Shown piece by piece: positions 34,807 through 47,000 of a stretch of DNA of 64,000 bases; position 1 is the first letter of the stretch; each line of letters starts with the position of its first letter. Position numbers and translations under genes: made by a program. Origin of the DNA: Giardia intestinalis (taxonomy: Eukaryota); assembly GCA_000002435.2 (NCBI GenBank), contig CM018793.1. One strand, given 5' to 3'. The notes beneath the pieces are model-generated. The model was not told where the DNA came from. It did no database searches and worked only from the letters and a program-made list of their open reading frames with translations.

Positions 34807-34881
34807 CCTTCAACAATTTTTTGGCCCACCGAAGCTGACAATATTAATTTGGCTTCTGGTGTCCCAAAAAAAGGGCCCTCG
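34807..34881. promoter_or_regulatory. 75-bp head-to-head spacer between RPL4 (-) and RPS29 (+)
   Basis: ccttcaacaattttttggcccaccgaagctgacaatattaatttggcttctggtgtcccaaaaaaagggccctcg. It has A/T-runs adjacent to each ATG (caaaaaattg for RPL4, cccaaaaaaaggg for RPS29). Confidence 0.45.
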
Positions 34882-35037
34882 ATGCGCGAGACAGAGTTCT
34901 GCACACACATTGCTCACAAGCGTGAGTGCCGTATATGCGGCAATTACAACTCTGTCTACAGAAAGTATGGTCTGTTCATCTGCCGCCGCTGTTTCAAGGA
35001 GAATGCTGGCAAGATTGGCTTCGTGAAGCTCCACTGA
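34882..35037 (+). CDS. RPS29: 40S ribosomal protein S29 (uS14), 51 aa
   Basis: The track ORF 34528..35037 is an alternative-frame read-through across RPL4. The real gene starts at ATG 34882 (MRETEFCTHIAHKRECRICGNYNSVYRKYGLFICRRCFKENAGKIGFVKLH). Zinc-ribbon residues align with human RPS29: [38 protein letters not shown]. Confidence 0.8.
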   Translation: MRETEFCTHIAHKRECRICGNYNSVYRKYGLFICRRCFKENAGKIGFVKLH

Positions 35038-35058
35038 GCTGAGCGGGCTAAAGTCAGA

Positions 35059-35070
35059 AGTAAATTTACT
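35059..35070. promoter_or_regulatory. Perfect 12-nt palindrome AGTAAATTTACT, equivalent to AGTAAAT on both strands; candidate bidirectional poly(A) signal for convergent RPS29 and the dynein heavy chain gene
   Basis: gaAGTAAATTTACTgg sits in the 42-bp spacer between the RPS29 stop (35037) and the DHC stop (35080). It is 21 nt after the plus-strand stop and 9 nt after the minus-strand stop. Confidence 0.5.
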
Positions 35071-35079
35071 GGCCTGCAG

Positions 35080-38000
35080 CTAGTCACTCCTTTGGATGAA
35101 GGCGGCTGCCCCGCGCAGGATCCAGTGCCTCGGGTCTTTGCTCGTCGGAAGATGCATGTTTAGGACGTAGTTGGTGCTGGTGCCTGTGGTAGAAAGAACC
35201 CCATAGCGAAGAGTGGTAGTGTACAGGGGCATAGCATACATCTTCTCTTTGTCAAGTTCTGTGCACGGGGCAAACCAGACAGGCCCCAGGCTAGTGATCA
35301 TCTGTCCATAAACAGGCTCTGTCAACTCCTTGGCCTCCGCGTCCCACTGAGCAGACTCAACATAGAGCCCAGTGATAATCAGCCCGGGGTCGTTCCGGTC
35401 TGGGGCAACCATGGTGTCGACTTCCGTGGTTGTAAGAACGGTGGTGGAGATGGCCAGGGCATCGATTGGTATTCCCTCAATGCGAGAATAATGCTGAAGC
35501 TCAGCAGTGAGAAGTCCGTGGGGGAAGAAGAAGGCACCTATCCAGAAAGTCTTGGGCACGTAGCCCTTGATTTGCCAGCGGAAGTCATCGACTCGGTAGT
35601 CGACTCCTTTCTCTCTGTCCAGCTCAATCCAATCGGCCATAAACTGCACCCGATCGATCAGATCCACAATCCACGAGCTTAGTGGCTTGAGCGTGGGATA
35701 ACAAACATCTGTTATCATCCGTGGAATCTTGTTCAACAAAATACACTGATAGACGTCCTCCAACTGGGGAGACATGATCGCCAGTCCTTTAATTGCCTTC
35801 CCCACGTCCTGAAATGCAACTCGGACAAGAGCCAGAAGCTTGTTATACCGTTCAGATTCTTGCTTGAGAACTGCGTAAAGAGGAGAGGGCATCTTGACCG
35901 CCTTTCCGTTGGACACCACTGATATCCGCGGAGGAATGTGAATGTTGCTTGGCAGTAAGTCTGCGGGGATGCGATCGAAGAGGCTGCTAGCGAATTTAAG
36001 GACCTGTTTGTCTGCTGGAGACATAGACTCGTCGTCTCCACCGTCCTGGATCTCCGGTTCTTGGCCTTTGCTGCTAGCGTCGGACTCAATTGCGGGTGCT
36101 TTGCTCTGTGCCTTTGCGCTCTCGATGCGCTTCTTGCGCTCCTCATTTTCTATGGCAACGTCAGCCTCCTTAGGAGACATGGAAAGCACTGAATCTACTA
36201 TAAGGTTGGCCTCGGAATGCTGATAGGTAAGCTCTGCATTAGCGTGGAGCCCAAATAAGCTTGGAGACGCCTCCACAGGAAATTCGTGGGTGAGCCACTC
36301 TATAGTCGACGCCAGGCTCATCTCTGGGTTGGGAGCTTTGTACACCTTTCCACTTGGGGACACCTTGCTCTCCTGACCCTCCTCTAAAAAGAGTTCTGGT
36401 TGGTCGGTGAAGAGCTCTGGATTGATGATGCATGAAAGGATTGCATTAATGCAGCGTTGGTCTAGGGAATCCGTAACGCGTCCTCCGAAGGCAATAACCC
36501 CTACCATGTACTGAAGGGTCTGGTAAGGCACTGCGTTGGAGAGGGACTTGAGGAAGTTCTGGCCAGATGACTGCCCAAGTATGTTTGATGTTCCAACGGT
36601 TGACTCAGTTAGCTGCAGTGCAACGGCACTATCCACAAGATATTGACGGATGAACTTGCGGCTTATTTCCAGATCCGGTATGCTGAATTCATACGGGTTA
36701 TTATACGCAACAGACCCAAACCTTTTACGCTCCAAAAGAGACGAGTAGAAGAACGCAACACCGAAAATAAGCCTGTGCCAGTGACGGAGTACAGCAGGGG
36801 CCTCTGGAACAGAGTCGTGGAGCTCTTCAGTGAGACCCATATAAGAGAGAATCAGATTGGCCTTGAGTCCACGAGGAGGCTCGTGTGAGATCTTGACAGA
36901 TGAAGAAAGGACTGACTGAGGGAACTTCGATGTGGGAAGGGATGTGAGGAAGAGGCGGAAGTCCCTGTTGATTGCTGCACCAGTGATATCACATCCATCT
37001 TGATCCATGGTTGCCAAGTTCTCTACGAAGCGCGCGAGGTTTGGCATCCAGCTGAGACAGAGGTGGCAATTCTGAAGACAGACCCAGTCGCCTTCGATAA
37101 TGGCGCGGGCGAGCATTCTTTCTGCGATGACTCCCTGACCCTGACCAAGTGAGAGTGTCCGCAAACCCTTGTCTGCTCCCTTTTCCTTTGAAAAAGCCAC
37201 CAGCTGTGCGTGCGGGTCTGTCCCTGCACTCAGCACGAAAATAGTTGGAGTAGAAAAGCTGGTATCCAGGTACGCCTGCTCCATACGGAACTGTGGAGGC
37301 TGGACATAGTACTCTCCTATCGTGTCTGCAATATATTGAGGAATGTAGAACATCAAACGACCTGGATTGATCGCCTTTAAGAGCATAAGGCGCTGGAACG
37401 GAGCAAGCGACCTGATAAAAGCACTAACTGACAGGGAGAACGGGCGCTTTCCGTTATAATTTCCACGAGCCATATCGACAACCAGCTCCAGGTCATCACT
37501 TTCTAACCATGCTTTCCAGCCCTCAGGATCATCACGCGACGAGGAAAGGAATTCGTCATATGCCAGACAGGCATGTAAGACCTTATATATGGCATTGATG
37601 TTTGCATACTTAGAGCCATCCTGGCCAAACTGAAGAGTGGCAAGCATATGAGAATAAAAGTCATCGGGCACTTCCGACTGTTTTTCGTTGATTTCCACGT
37701 TCTTGAAGATGGCCCATTCCCTGCCAGTTAAAGCCCCTGAGGCACGCTGAATGGAGACGGCAACCATAAAGCTGAAGATCCGCTTATGTTTTTCGAAGAT
37801 GCCTCTGCATATAGCTCCGTAGGCTGCCTCCGTGATGGCGGATATCATGCTTCCTATTTTTCTCTGTAGAATTGCACTCTCATCACTTTCGAAACTGGCA
37901 TCGGCCGCTAGTAGCCTATCAGGAACTCCAATATTGGACTCTGCCATTTGGTTACGTTGGCTCTGCTCATCGTCGTCCAACAGCAGCCCAGCCGAGGCCG

Positions 38001-41000
38001 AGGGCTCATTTGTACCGATGTAGGACCGGTTGTCGCTGCGCCTCGAACTTTCAGCAGCGTGTGATACCCCGCTAGTTTCGTCTGCAAGGCTCTGGAGTTT
38101 GCTGAGGGTCCTTGTGAAGAGCATCTTAAAGAAGTCAAGAGAATAAATGTACATGGAGTCAAGCGTCGAGAGGCTAGCAATGACCTCGTACAAAATTCGT
38201 CCTCGCTGTGCAACCGGGCGGAAGCGCTCACGAAGTGCATCAACCCGCTTTGCAGTCTGCTCTGCGTTGACGACTTGCTCATCGATACGCTTCTGTGTTT
38301 GCTTGGAGTCCTGGAGAGCATTGATGAGGTTTTCGTCGTCCAAAAGGTTTCCTGTAGCATTGGCTAACATATCAAGTAACTTGTCTTGCAACTGCGTTAG
38401 CGTTTCACGGCCCTCGGCAAGCTGCGAGGCAATCGTGTCCTTTTCACGCTCAAGCTGTGCATCTTCGACAGTAACAACGAGAGAAAGAAGCTGTTCCTCC
38501 AGCCCCTTCGATGACACAGCCATGTTCACAACAGACGCAGACGACTGGATGTCTGGGTTGTAGTTGGGCTGCCGTTTGCGCGTAGCGAGATAAAGGTTGA
38601 AATCTGGGTTGTACTCTACTTCGTTCTCACCTATCTTTATTGTACACTGGCCACCCTTCTTTATAAGCTCTTTCCGGAGGACAGACATCACTGAGCCGTC
38701 AATGTCGTCTTGGAGATTTTCTATCAGAACAGGAGAGCCCAGACGTATGCTATTTTCGAGCGTCCGCATCATGTTATCGACAGCGGTCCCAGAAGTCAGT
38801 TGAAGGCCGTTCTTCTCCTCCAAGCGCTTTAAGAAGCGAACACCCTGACACTCTGGATCGATAAGAAGAGAAAACCGGGTCCCCTGCGTCGCAATGATTG
38901 CAGATTCTACGCTTCCGTTATCAGATGGGAGCGTGCACTGCTCTTTCCAGTTGCGGATTTCGCGGGGGTCGGCAACAGCGGGGTACTCTGTCAAAGCAAA
39001 GTTGGGAGAGAAGTCTATTCCATTGAATGCAGTTGCCTTCCACTGGGCAAGCACGTTTCCGCGTTCATCTGCAGAAAAGGGTCCCAGGTAGGCAATGTAG
39101 CCAGCACCAAGTAGGGCATCTCCAATAGCGGTCTTCAGTCGTTGGTTAATGTCTGCAATACCTGCAATCCATGCATCGTATTCATTTGCAAGGCCAGCAA
39201 TCAGCTTCTCTGCGCGGTCAAGCCGTACCTGCGTTTCCTCGATTTCTGACTCTAATCTGGTTCGATTGGCAATACTCTCATCATAAGAGGCCTGCAGAGC
39301 ATCCAGCTTTGCTACAATGGCCGCAAGGTCCTTCTGCTTAACAGCCAGTGCCTCCTGCTGGGTCTTGAGGGTCTGCTCGGCTTGAGCCAACCGTTCACGC
39401 TTAGGCTCTATTTCAGCGAAGACTTTCGCATATATATCGATGGCACGACACCACATACACAGCGACTTGGCTGCCTTGGAGACCTTCTCAACCTTTGCTG
39501 GATCAAAGTCAGGATTCTGTGTGTACTTTCGAAGGGAGCGCAGAGTTTTGGGCTTAATGTTGTCTTTATCAAAGGTCATAAGGCTCTGCAGGAAGTCTGT
39601 CTTAGAGAGAACCTTCTGCGCCGTGTCCCAGTCTTGCTTCGGTGTCTCCATTAGAATGCAAACGGCCTCCATAACATATCGCACAAGTTCTGGAGGCGAC
39701 TTGAATGACTTGAGTTCGGAGATATCATTCTTGTTAAGACTCTTAAGGCTATTGATGGCCGCGTTGAAGGCCGGCATAGCCGTGTCCAGGTCTCGCTGGG
39801 CGTCATCTTTGATCTCCTCGGCTTCTGCTGCAACCTTTGCAACCTCTTGTTCCTCTGCTTGAACGACTGTTCTAATCTTGTTGACCTCCTCTGTTTCCGA
39901 CGACAAGTTTACGAGCAACGCTTCTGTTTTCGCAACGGAGTCAGCGAGCACGGGCTGTAGATTTGTGAGGGTCTTCTGCATTTCGCTAACCTGCTCACGC
40001 GTCGAAACAAGTTTTGTGAGACCAGACTGAAGGATAGACTCCCTCACCTTGAGCTTGCCGACTGATTTAGCAAAAATTCGCTTAAAGAGGCGAATGAAGG
40101 ATAGGAAGAGCGGTGGAGTAATATAAATGCGGCTCTTTGTCTGAGCAAAATACTGTTCAGAGGACGCCTCTGTTGATCCATGCATAACGACACACGCCTC
40201 TGCAATGCTCTGTTTTAGAGCAAGGAGCTTGTCGGTACGTGGCTTGCCTTCACGGGAGTGCGGGGCAGAAGTGGGGGTTTCAGATGCCGCACTTTGGTCG
40301 GCTCCCAAGAACGCCGGGTGGATGCTGTTAAGCTCGTACATAGCCACACCAGCTAGCGCTTCAGCGTTCCAGTTTGCAAACCAGTCAATAGTCATACAGC
40401 TCGAGAGAGCCGGGAACATCCGCAAGCGGCGGCGAAGGCTCTCTCCAATTGGTGAAAGACAGAGGCAGACGTGGAAGTTGCTTCTTGCGTTTCGGTAGAA
40501 GAGTTGCCAAAGCTCATGAGGCAAGAAGGATCGCTTACTGCTAGACTCGTTATCATCGTCAGCGACCGACGCCAACTCGATCGTTTTCTGCATTATCTTC
40601 TCCTTCTCATCGGGTTTCCAGAGGGACATTGGAAGCGCAACGCCGTTCAAGATGCCATTGAGGATCTCAAGGAAATGATCGTGGGGATCTAGCTGCGACT
40701 CCGAAAGCAGCAGAATAGTTGGAACGTTCTCGCAGCCACTTGTAAGCATACAGCGCTTTAAATCCTCGTTAAATTCGTTGAGCCCATAGAGCTTAGATGC
40801 TGCTGGGTAAACGACCTTTGCGCCCGCTGCAAAAGCTGCAAGGCGGACCAAGCTACGCCGCCCACTTCCGGACAAGCCAATCATGAGCATGTGTCCGCGA
40901 GGCTGTGTGATGACGCGGAAGAGGCGAGAGAAATGTAGGATAGCATCGTGGAACATGACTAGACGCGCAGATCCAGCAGAGTCGTCATTTTGGATGGCGT

Positions 41001-44000
41001 TATCGAGAAGCTCTTGGAAGTCTACCTGACTCTTTGCTCCAGCAGAAGGCGGAGGGTCTTCCTGGACCTCTGAAATGGAGTCAACGTAATAGTTAAGGCA
41101 ATTCTCGACGTCTCGTGTCTGGTTGAAGAGATTTCTGTAGGGACAGTACACTCCGTCGCCATAGGTTCCTCCAGGATTGGCCCAGCGCCCATAGATTAGC
41201 TCAGTGCATTGTATTGGGCAACCTGTCCACAAATTTATGCGCTCGAGCATGCTGCCAAGCTCCTCGTCAGTGTAGACCTTCTGCTCCAGGGCGGCAAGAC
41301 GCTGCACTTCATCGTCAGATCGCTGCACAGGCTCTTCAAAGTCAAGCTCAATGTAGTACTCGTCCTCCTCAGCTCCCTCGTCCAGCTCCTTCTTGCCATC
41401 CTCGGATGCATTAGACGTCTTTTGCTCAAATTGTACAATCCTGTCTTCAAAGAAGTACCAGATATTCTTCAGTAAGACTTTGTCAAATGTGCCGCAGTCC
41501 TTGTCGTCAACTAGACGGTCTCTGAAAACGCGATAAGACTCGTGCACAAGCAGTGTGACCAGGCTAGGCAGAGACGTAACCTCATGTGGGGTGGTAGAGA
41601 AAACTCCTCCAACCACTCGAGCAATATCTCGGACGTTAAACGAATAGTGCGATTTGAGCGGTGTTGCCCTGATCTCCTGCTTGGTTGCACTATACAGGCG
41701 GACGACAAACTCAACGCACGTACGCAGACTCTTGCGAACTTCGGGAGAAAAGGTCTTAGATGACTCCCCGGTCGACGCCATGAATCCTTGAAGAAGATTG
41801 CCGAATATGCTGATCATGGCTGAATCTGTTAGCTCAGGGCAGCTAAGCACCACAAACTTCCCACTAAACCGACGCGTCACCTCATTGCGCCCGCCTCCCG
41901 GAGGCTGGGACGCACAAAGGAACTGAAGCCCCTCCAAGGTGCGGAATACAAGCTTCTGGCGGTCATAGCACCCTGATTCCGAAATGATCTGCCTAAGAAT
42001 CTCAATAGGAGGCTGAGATCCGTATGTGTCCGGAGTGGGCATAGTTGAGTCATCAATGAAGACATAGAATGACTTTCTTTGATTTGCTGGACAAAACAGC
42101 GTTTTTCTCTTCTTTTCCATCTTCTCAATGATTGCGTTTTCTACGGCTGCAGCGCGTGTCTGGGCCGACATCGGAAACTCGAGCGTGTTAGCGTTCAGGT
42201 AAGCAGCCTCCTGAGTGAAGTCGCGCTGCTCTTCATTTGGTACCACAGCGGTAGGCTCTTCCTCCTCTTTAGTATCGGCGCTCTTCTTACTTTCTGCAGG
42301 CTTCTTATTCAGCTCTATATTGCCGATACAACGGTTGAAAATGGTCTTAACGATAGATGTTTTGGAGGTCCCGGTAGGCCCACAGAGAAAAATGTTGTTA
42401 CCATTGCGAAGGAGCGACTGAGTCACCGCACACATTTTTATAAAGTCTGGCGTCGGAACAATCATATCATAGACAGACCCTCCTTGCTGGAGCACAAGGG
42501 GATCAAATTTCTTGCTGCCAAACAAAGTGGCCATGGTGCCGGTATCCCACGGAGAGTAGCCTCGGGTTTGATTATCAAGCTTCCAGTCATAGATACTAGC
42601 GGGCTGGCCTCCCGGAAGGTGGTCAGGAGGAAGTGCTACGGCAAGAGAGGAGATCTCCGCAGGCATGTCGCCACTGCTGGCAAACTCCTTCGGGCTTGTT
42701 AAGAGTGTACGAAGGAACTTATCTAGATTGATCTTATGTTCAGCAACAATACTCCCTGCTAAGCCCCATGCAATTGCAAAGATAATGCGCTGCTCCAATA
42801 TGATAGAAACGACCGGCGCTATTCCAGACATCGCTCGACTTGTCAAGACTTCAGGAGGGGGCAGTCTCTCTAAAAAGGTCGAGATGGCTGTCTTCTCAGC
42901 AAGGACGGTGTCCGCTGCTTGGCCGGTGGCTAGTTCTGGAGCTCCTGAGCTAGCCGTATTACGCGACGCACTCTGCACACGTTCCCTGTTGATCGCGCTT
43001 GCAGCCTCGTATTGCTCCTGGATCTTTTTCTGCATGGCTATCTCTGCAACCTTATCTTTTGTGAATGCAACGCGCTCAGAAACAGCTGCTTCGAGGATCT
43101 GATAAAGAGAAAAGACCAGTTGGAAGTCGACTGTCCGCATCTCCTCTCTGCAATCGTTGCGCAAAAAGCTGATCACCTTTGGGTAAACCATACAGAGTTG
43201 TCTGTGAAGCCGAGCTAAAAGCTGCACAGTGAGCTTATGAAGCAGTTGCTCAAATGTCTGGAATTGCCGTAATGGGCGAGGATATGTAGGAACTGACAAT
43301 TCAACTGTCTGCGCGTCACCGCTCTGTGCAGGGGATTGGTTATCGATCAGGGGCTCGGTGCCATGTGCATCTGCCACAGGTAAGTCAGGCTTGTACTCGT
43401 CGATATTCTCATCTTCCTCGTCAGGTAGAAGAGTCGTCGAGTCCATGAGAACCCTGGCCGCGTCTCGCAGTTCAAATAGGTCGAGACTGAACTCCTCGAG
43501 ACAAACAAGAGCAAGCACCTTTTGAGCAAAGTTGGAGCAATTATCAACAATAAGAGACTTTAACAGATTATTGTACCCGATGAAGTCGTCAGAAAAGTAG
43601 ATCATTCCACAGCGGCTGACTGTGGCAGGCGACGCTTGGCTAAGGTCTGCTACCTCGAAGAATAGATTAACCTTGTTGTGGAGGCGGATACGTTCTCCGT
43701 TGGCTAGGCAGATCATTTTATTGTCATCTAGTGTTGTGTTCAGATTCTCTATCCAAAGGGCGTCCACAGGTGAGTCAAAGCAAATCCAATGCTTTAGGTG
43801 AGCATTGTTGGGATCGATCATCTTCCGCGCAATGACAGCTATCAGGCCATCAGTCCAATCATGAGAAATACTATTGAATTCCCCATAGAGCTCTGGCATG
43901 GTGACGGCCTTGCTGTTTAAAACATACTGGGCGACGGGATGATAGCCATCAGGGTCCATATTCTGCGCAGCTCGCTGTTCGGCTATGGCAGTGATAGCAT

Positions 44001-47000
44001 CTGCCAAGACATTTCTAGCCACGGTCTTTCCTGTCAGAGTGTCTCCTACCGTCATTAGCCCATGTCTTATAATGTGAGTATCATAGATCTGGAGAATCTT
44101 GCTGACGTATTCAGCACACGGTTGAAGCCCTTTGGCTGAGAGAATTCGAACAATCTCTGCGTGTAACCCGCCGTGCTCCACAGAGGGAATCTGGACGCCG
44201 GGGAAGAGATCCTGGATAATGCCCATGAAGAGCTCGATATCGTCAACGAGGAACTTCGGCAAGTTGGCATCACGCATGGCCTGGATGAGGACTATGTCCT
44301 CGCTTAGGTGAATATACTTGCGCCGTAGCCCACCAGCCATGACAAGGACCGATTTGATCGCACGCATACCGAAATCGTAATGGCTCTGGTGCGATAGCTG
44401 CTCCGAGCTGAGCTTGTAGAGCTGCACCATCTTGCGGCTAAGGACCTTGGCCGTTGTAAAGCCCTCTGAGAAGAGAATGATCTCCGCAATTAAGGCGTAG
44501 TTGGGAACAACCATAGAGATAGGGCGGAAAAGTGCCTTCAGGTTATCCGGAAGCTCCACACGGCCCGCATACCCTGGGTTCATTGTGATGAATATACCGC
44601 AGCGCTTTGTCGGATCCCCGTTACCGACCGATATGTCTAGGCCATCTTCTGACGATCCTCCTGCGTTGAAGAGGAAGTGATCAGCGCCTGTAAGGATTGC
44701 CGTTTGAATGCAAAGGATCTGGGATGCTACGACAGAAAGAACCTCAACCTCAATGCGGTTGAACTCGTCAAAGCAGCTCCAAGCACCGCACATCACCAGG
44801 CCAATAAAGAACTTCCCCATGGCAGCAACATTGAGCCCCTCTGAACAGTTAAAGACGAGGCATTGGATGCTCATCGCTTTAGCAAGGTCCTTTGTCGACT
44901 CCGTCTTACCTGTGCCTGCAGGCCCCTGGGGGGCCCCGCCCATGAAGTTCGCCAGCGCCGACGTTAGCGTAATGAAGCATCTGTCCGTCAGTGGTGTGAG
45001 AACCAACCGTGTACTGATGCCCATGTACTCGTATCCGCACGTGAAAAATGAGTTTGTCTGTCGAATAACAAGATCTCCAGAGAATTCATCGGAATCCAAC
45101 TGAGAATGCGCTACCCTTTTCGCTTTATCATTATGGTGCCAATAGTAGCGGAGCTGCTTCAGCCACCCAAACTCTGATGGGATAAGACAATAGTTTTCTG
45201 AGGAGGAATCTAACAAAGAGCTTGTGACGTCACGGCTATGGACCTCTAAGACAATAAGCGTCGAGATGAGCCCCCGCTGCTGGCTGCTCAGATCTGTCAT
45301 GGTGAGGGAGACTAGTTCGTTAATCTGCTTCAGAAGATTTTCACTAAAGCGCTCCATAGCCTCTCTCCCACTAGATCCCTTTTCGGCATCGATGAGTAAG
45401 GCCTCTTCCACCCCATTACACCACACAGCTTGGCCAGCAGCCATGACACACTGCGCAGGATGGTCAAACATCCATTCTTTGCGTTGCTCTCCGACCCGAG
45501 GAGAAAAGCTTAGAGTGTGATACATGTTGTAGCGCACCGTATTCACCATTTCCTTTTCAAGCGCAGTGAGCCAGACTTCCACTAGTCCACCAGATGGAAC
45601 GACGCAGTTGACAAACATGACTTTTTCGCCCTCAGGAGAGATCATGGCAGTTATCTTCTTCTGGGGACCGGAGGCCGGTAACGAGGGCTCGTCCTCATCA
45701 GCATCTTCTGTAGTTGCCATTCGTTTGCGCCTTTTGGCACTAGCCGATGTGGTAGTTGTAAGTGGTTGCTCACCCAACTCCTCGAGCTCTATATCTCCAA
45801 TAGCTTCAAAGATTTTCCTAAGGAAGGGTCTAACAGTGCTGGGCTCCGTCGTCTGAGCAAGAATCTGGAGAAGTTCGTCGTTTGATAGGAAAAAGAAGCG
45901 TGGAAACGCAAGACGCTTGGACTCAAGGTAATCTTCGAGACGTTTCTGGATTACCTCCAGCTTTTCATTGGCAGCTGTCAACTCCTTAAGAAGGTCGTGG
46001 TTTGCAAGGGGCGTATTTGGGATCCCTGCATCCACGACTGTCATAATGCACGGGTTGCTTGCAACAGTCTCCATTAGCTTCTGCCAAAACGCATCAACCT
46101 GGGAGAAATCAGCGGACTCGCGTGGAAGCTGTCTGCGGATATCATCTGGTGCAAAGATGCTCTCCAGATACAGCCAGGTTTGCTGCATCTTGCACCATTC
46201 GTCTAGCACCTCAGCAAATGTACTGAGCTTCTTTTCCCATGACTCCACGGCCGGTTTGATCCCTGCAATGTATCTGGATCCAGCCATCGCTTGAAGAGTA
46301 GAGGTGGAGTCTTCCAGCTGCTGATAGATCTCCTCAACGCCAGAAATTATGTGGTGCAGGACACCAGAACGAGAGCTGTATTCCTTGACAGCCAGGACGG
46401 TTCCTTCCCATATACACCGTATTTTCTCCAGAGAAAGCTCTATGTTGCGCTCTCCGCTTGCAGTAGCAGAAATCGATGCTATCTCGGCGCGCTTATTCAG
46501 AACACCAGCATCTAGGAGCGTCTCAAACGAAAAACCCGAGTTATAGCTCAATGACCCTGGCTCCTTAGCAAATGGCTTCAGAGTCTCAAAGATCTTTTCC
46601 CAGTGGCGTGGCTTTAGGTTAATATTCCCCAGATCAGCGATTAGCTGGGACTTCTGCTTCATAGATGTAACAGCCCTCTTCAGTGCAGCTGCGACACCAT
46701 CCTCTGGGAGAAGTCTAGCGAACTTTGTCGAATCCTTAGTTGCTTCATTAATGAAGCTTAGACACGTTTCTGCACTGAGGTACTTGAACTTGGCAACAAT
46801 CGGGTCTACTTTTTTCTCTGTGTCATCAGCACTTTCGTCATGAGCATCGAGTGCATCATCGGCTGCCGCCTCTCCTTCAGCTGCGTCCTTTTCGCCTTCG
46901 ACTGCCGAGGCAACAGCAACGCCAGCTTCGTTAGGCTCTGCCTCTTCCAGTTTGCAGTTAATGACGGTGTCTATCCAAGAAGAGACCATAAGACGATCCT

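Noticed and set aside
33736-34816. Several 90-170-aa ORFs in alternative frames over RPL4 (for example 34307..34816 -, 33736..34134 +)
   Set aside because: They give Arg/Pro/Gly-rich translations of a GC-rich, highly conserved ribosomal protein gene. They are shadow ORFs.
34528-35037. 169-aa plus-strand ORF spanning the RPL4 start region
   Set aside because: Only the last 51 codons (from ATG 34882) are real, and they are RPS29. The upstream 118 codons are an alternative-frame read across the RPL4 CDS and promoter and begin on a non-ATG codon.
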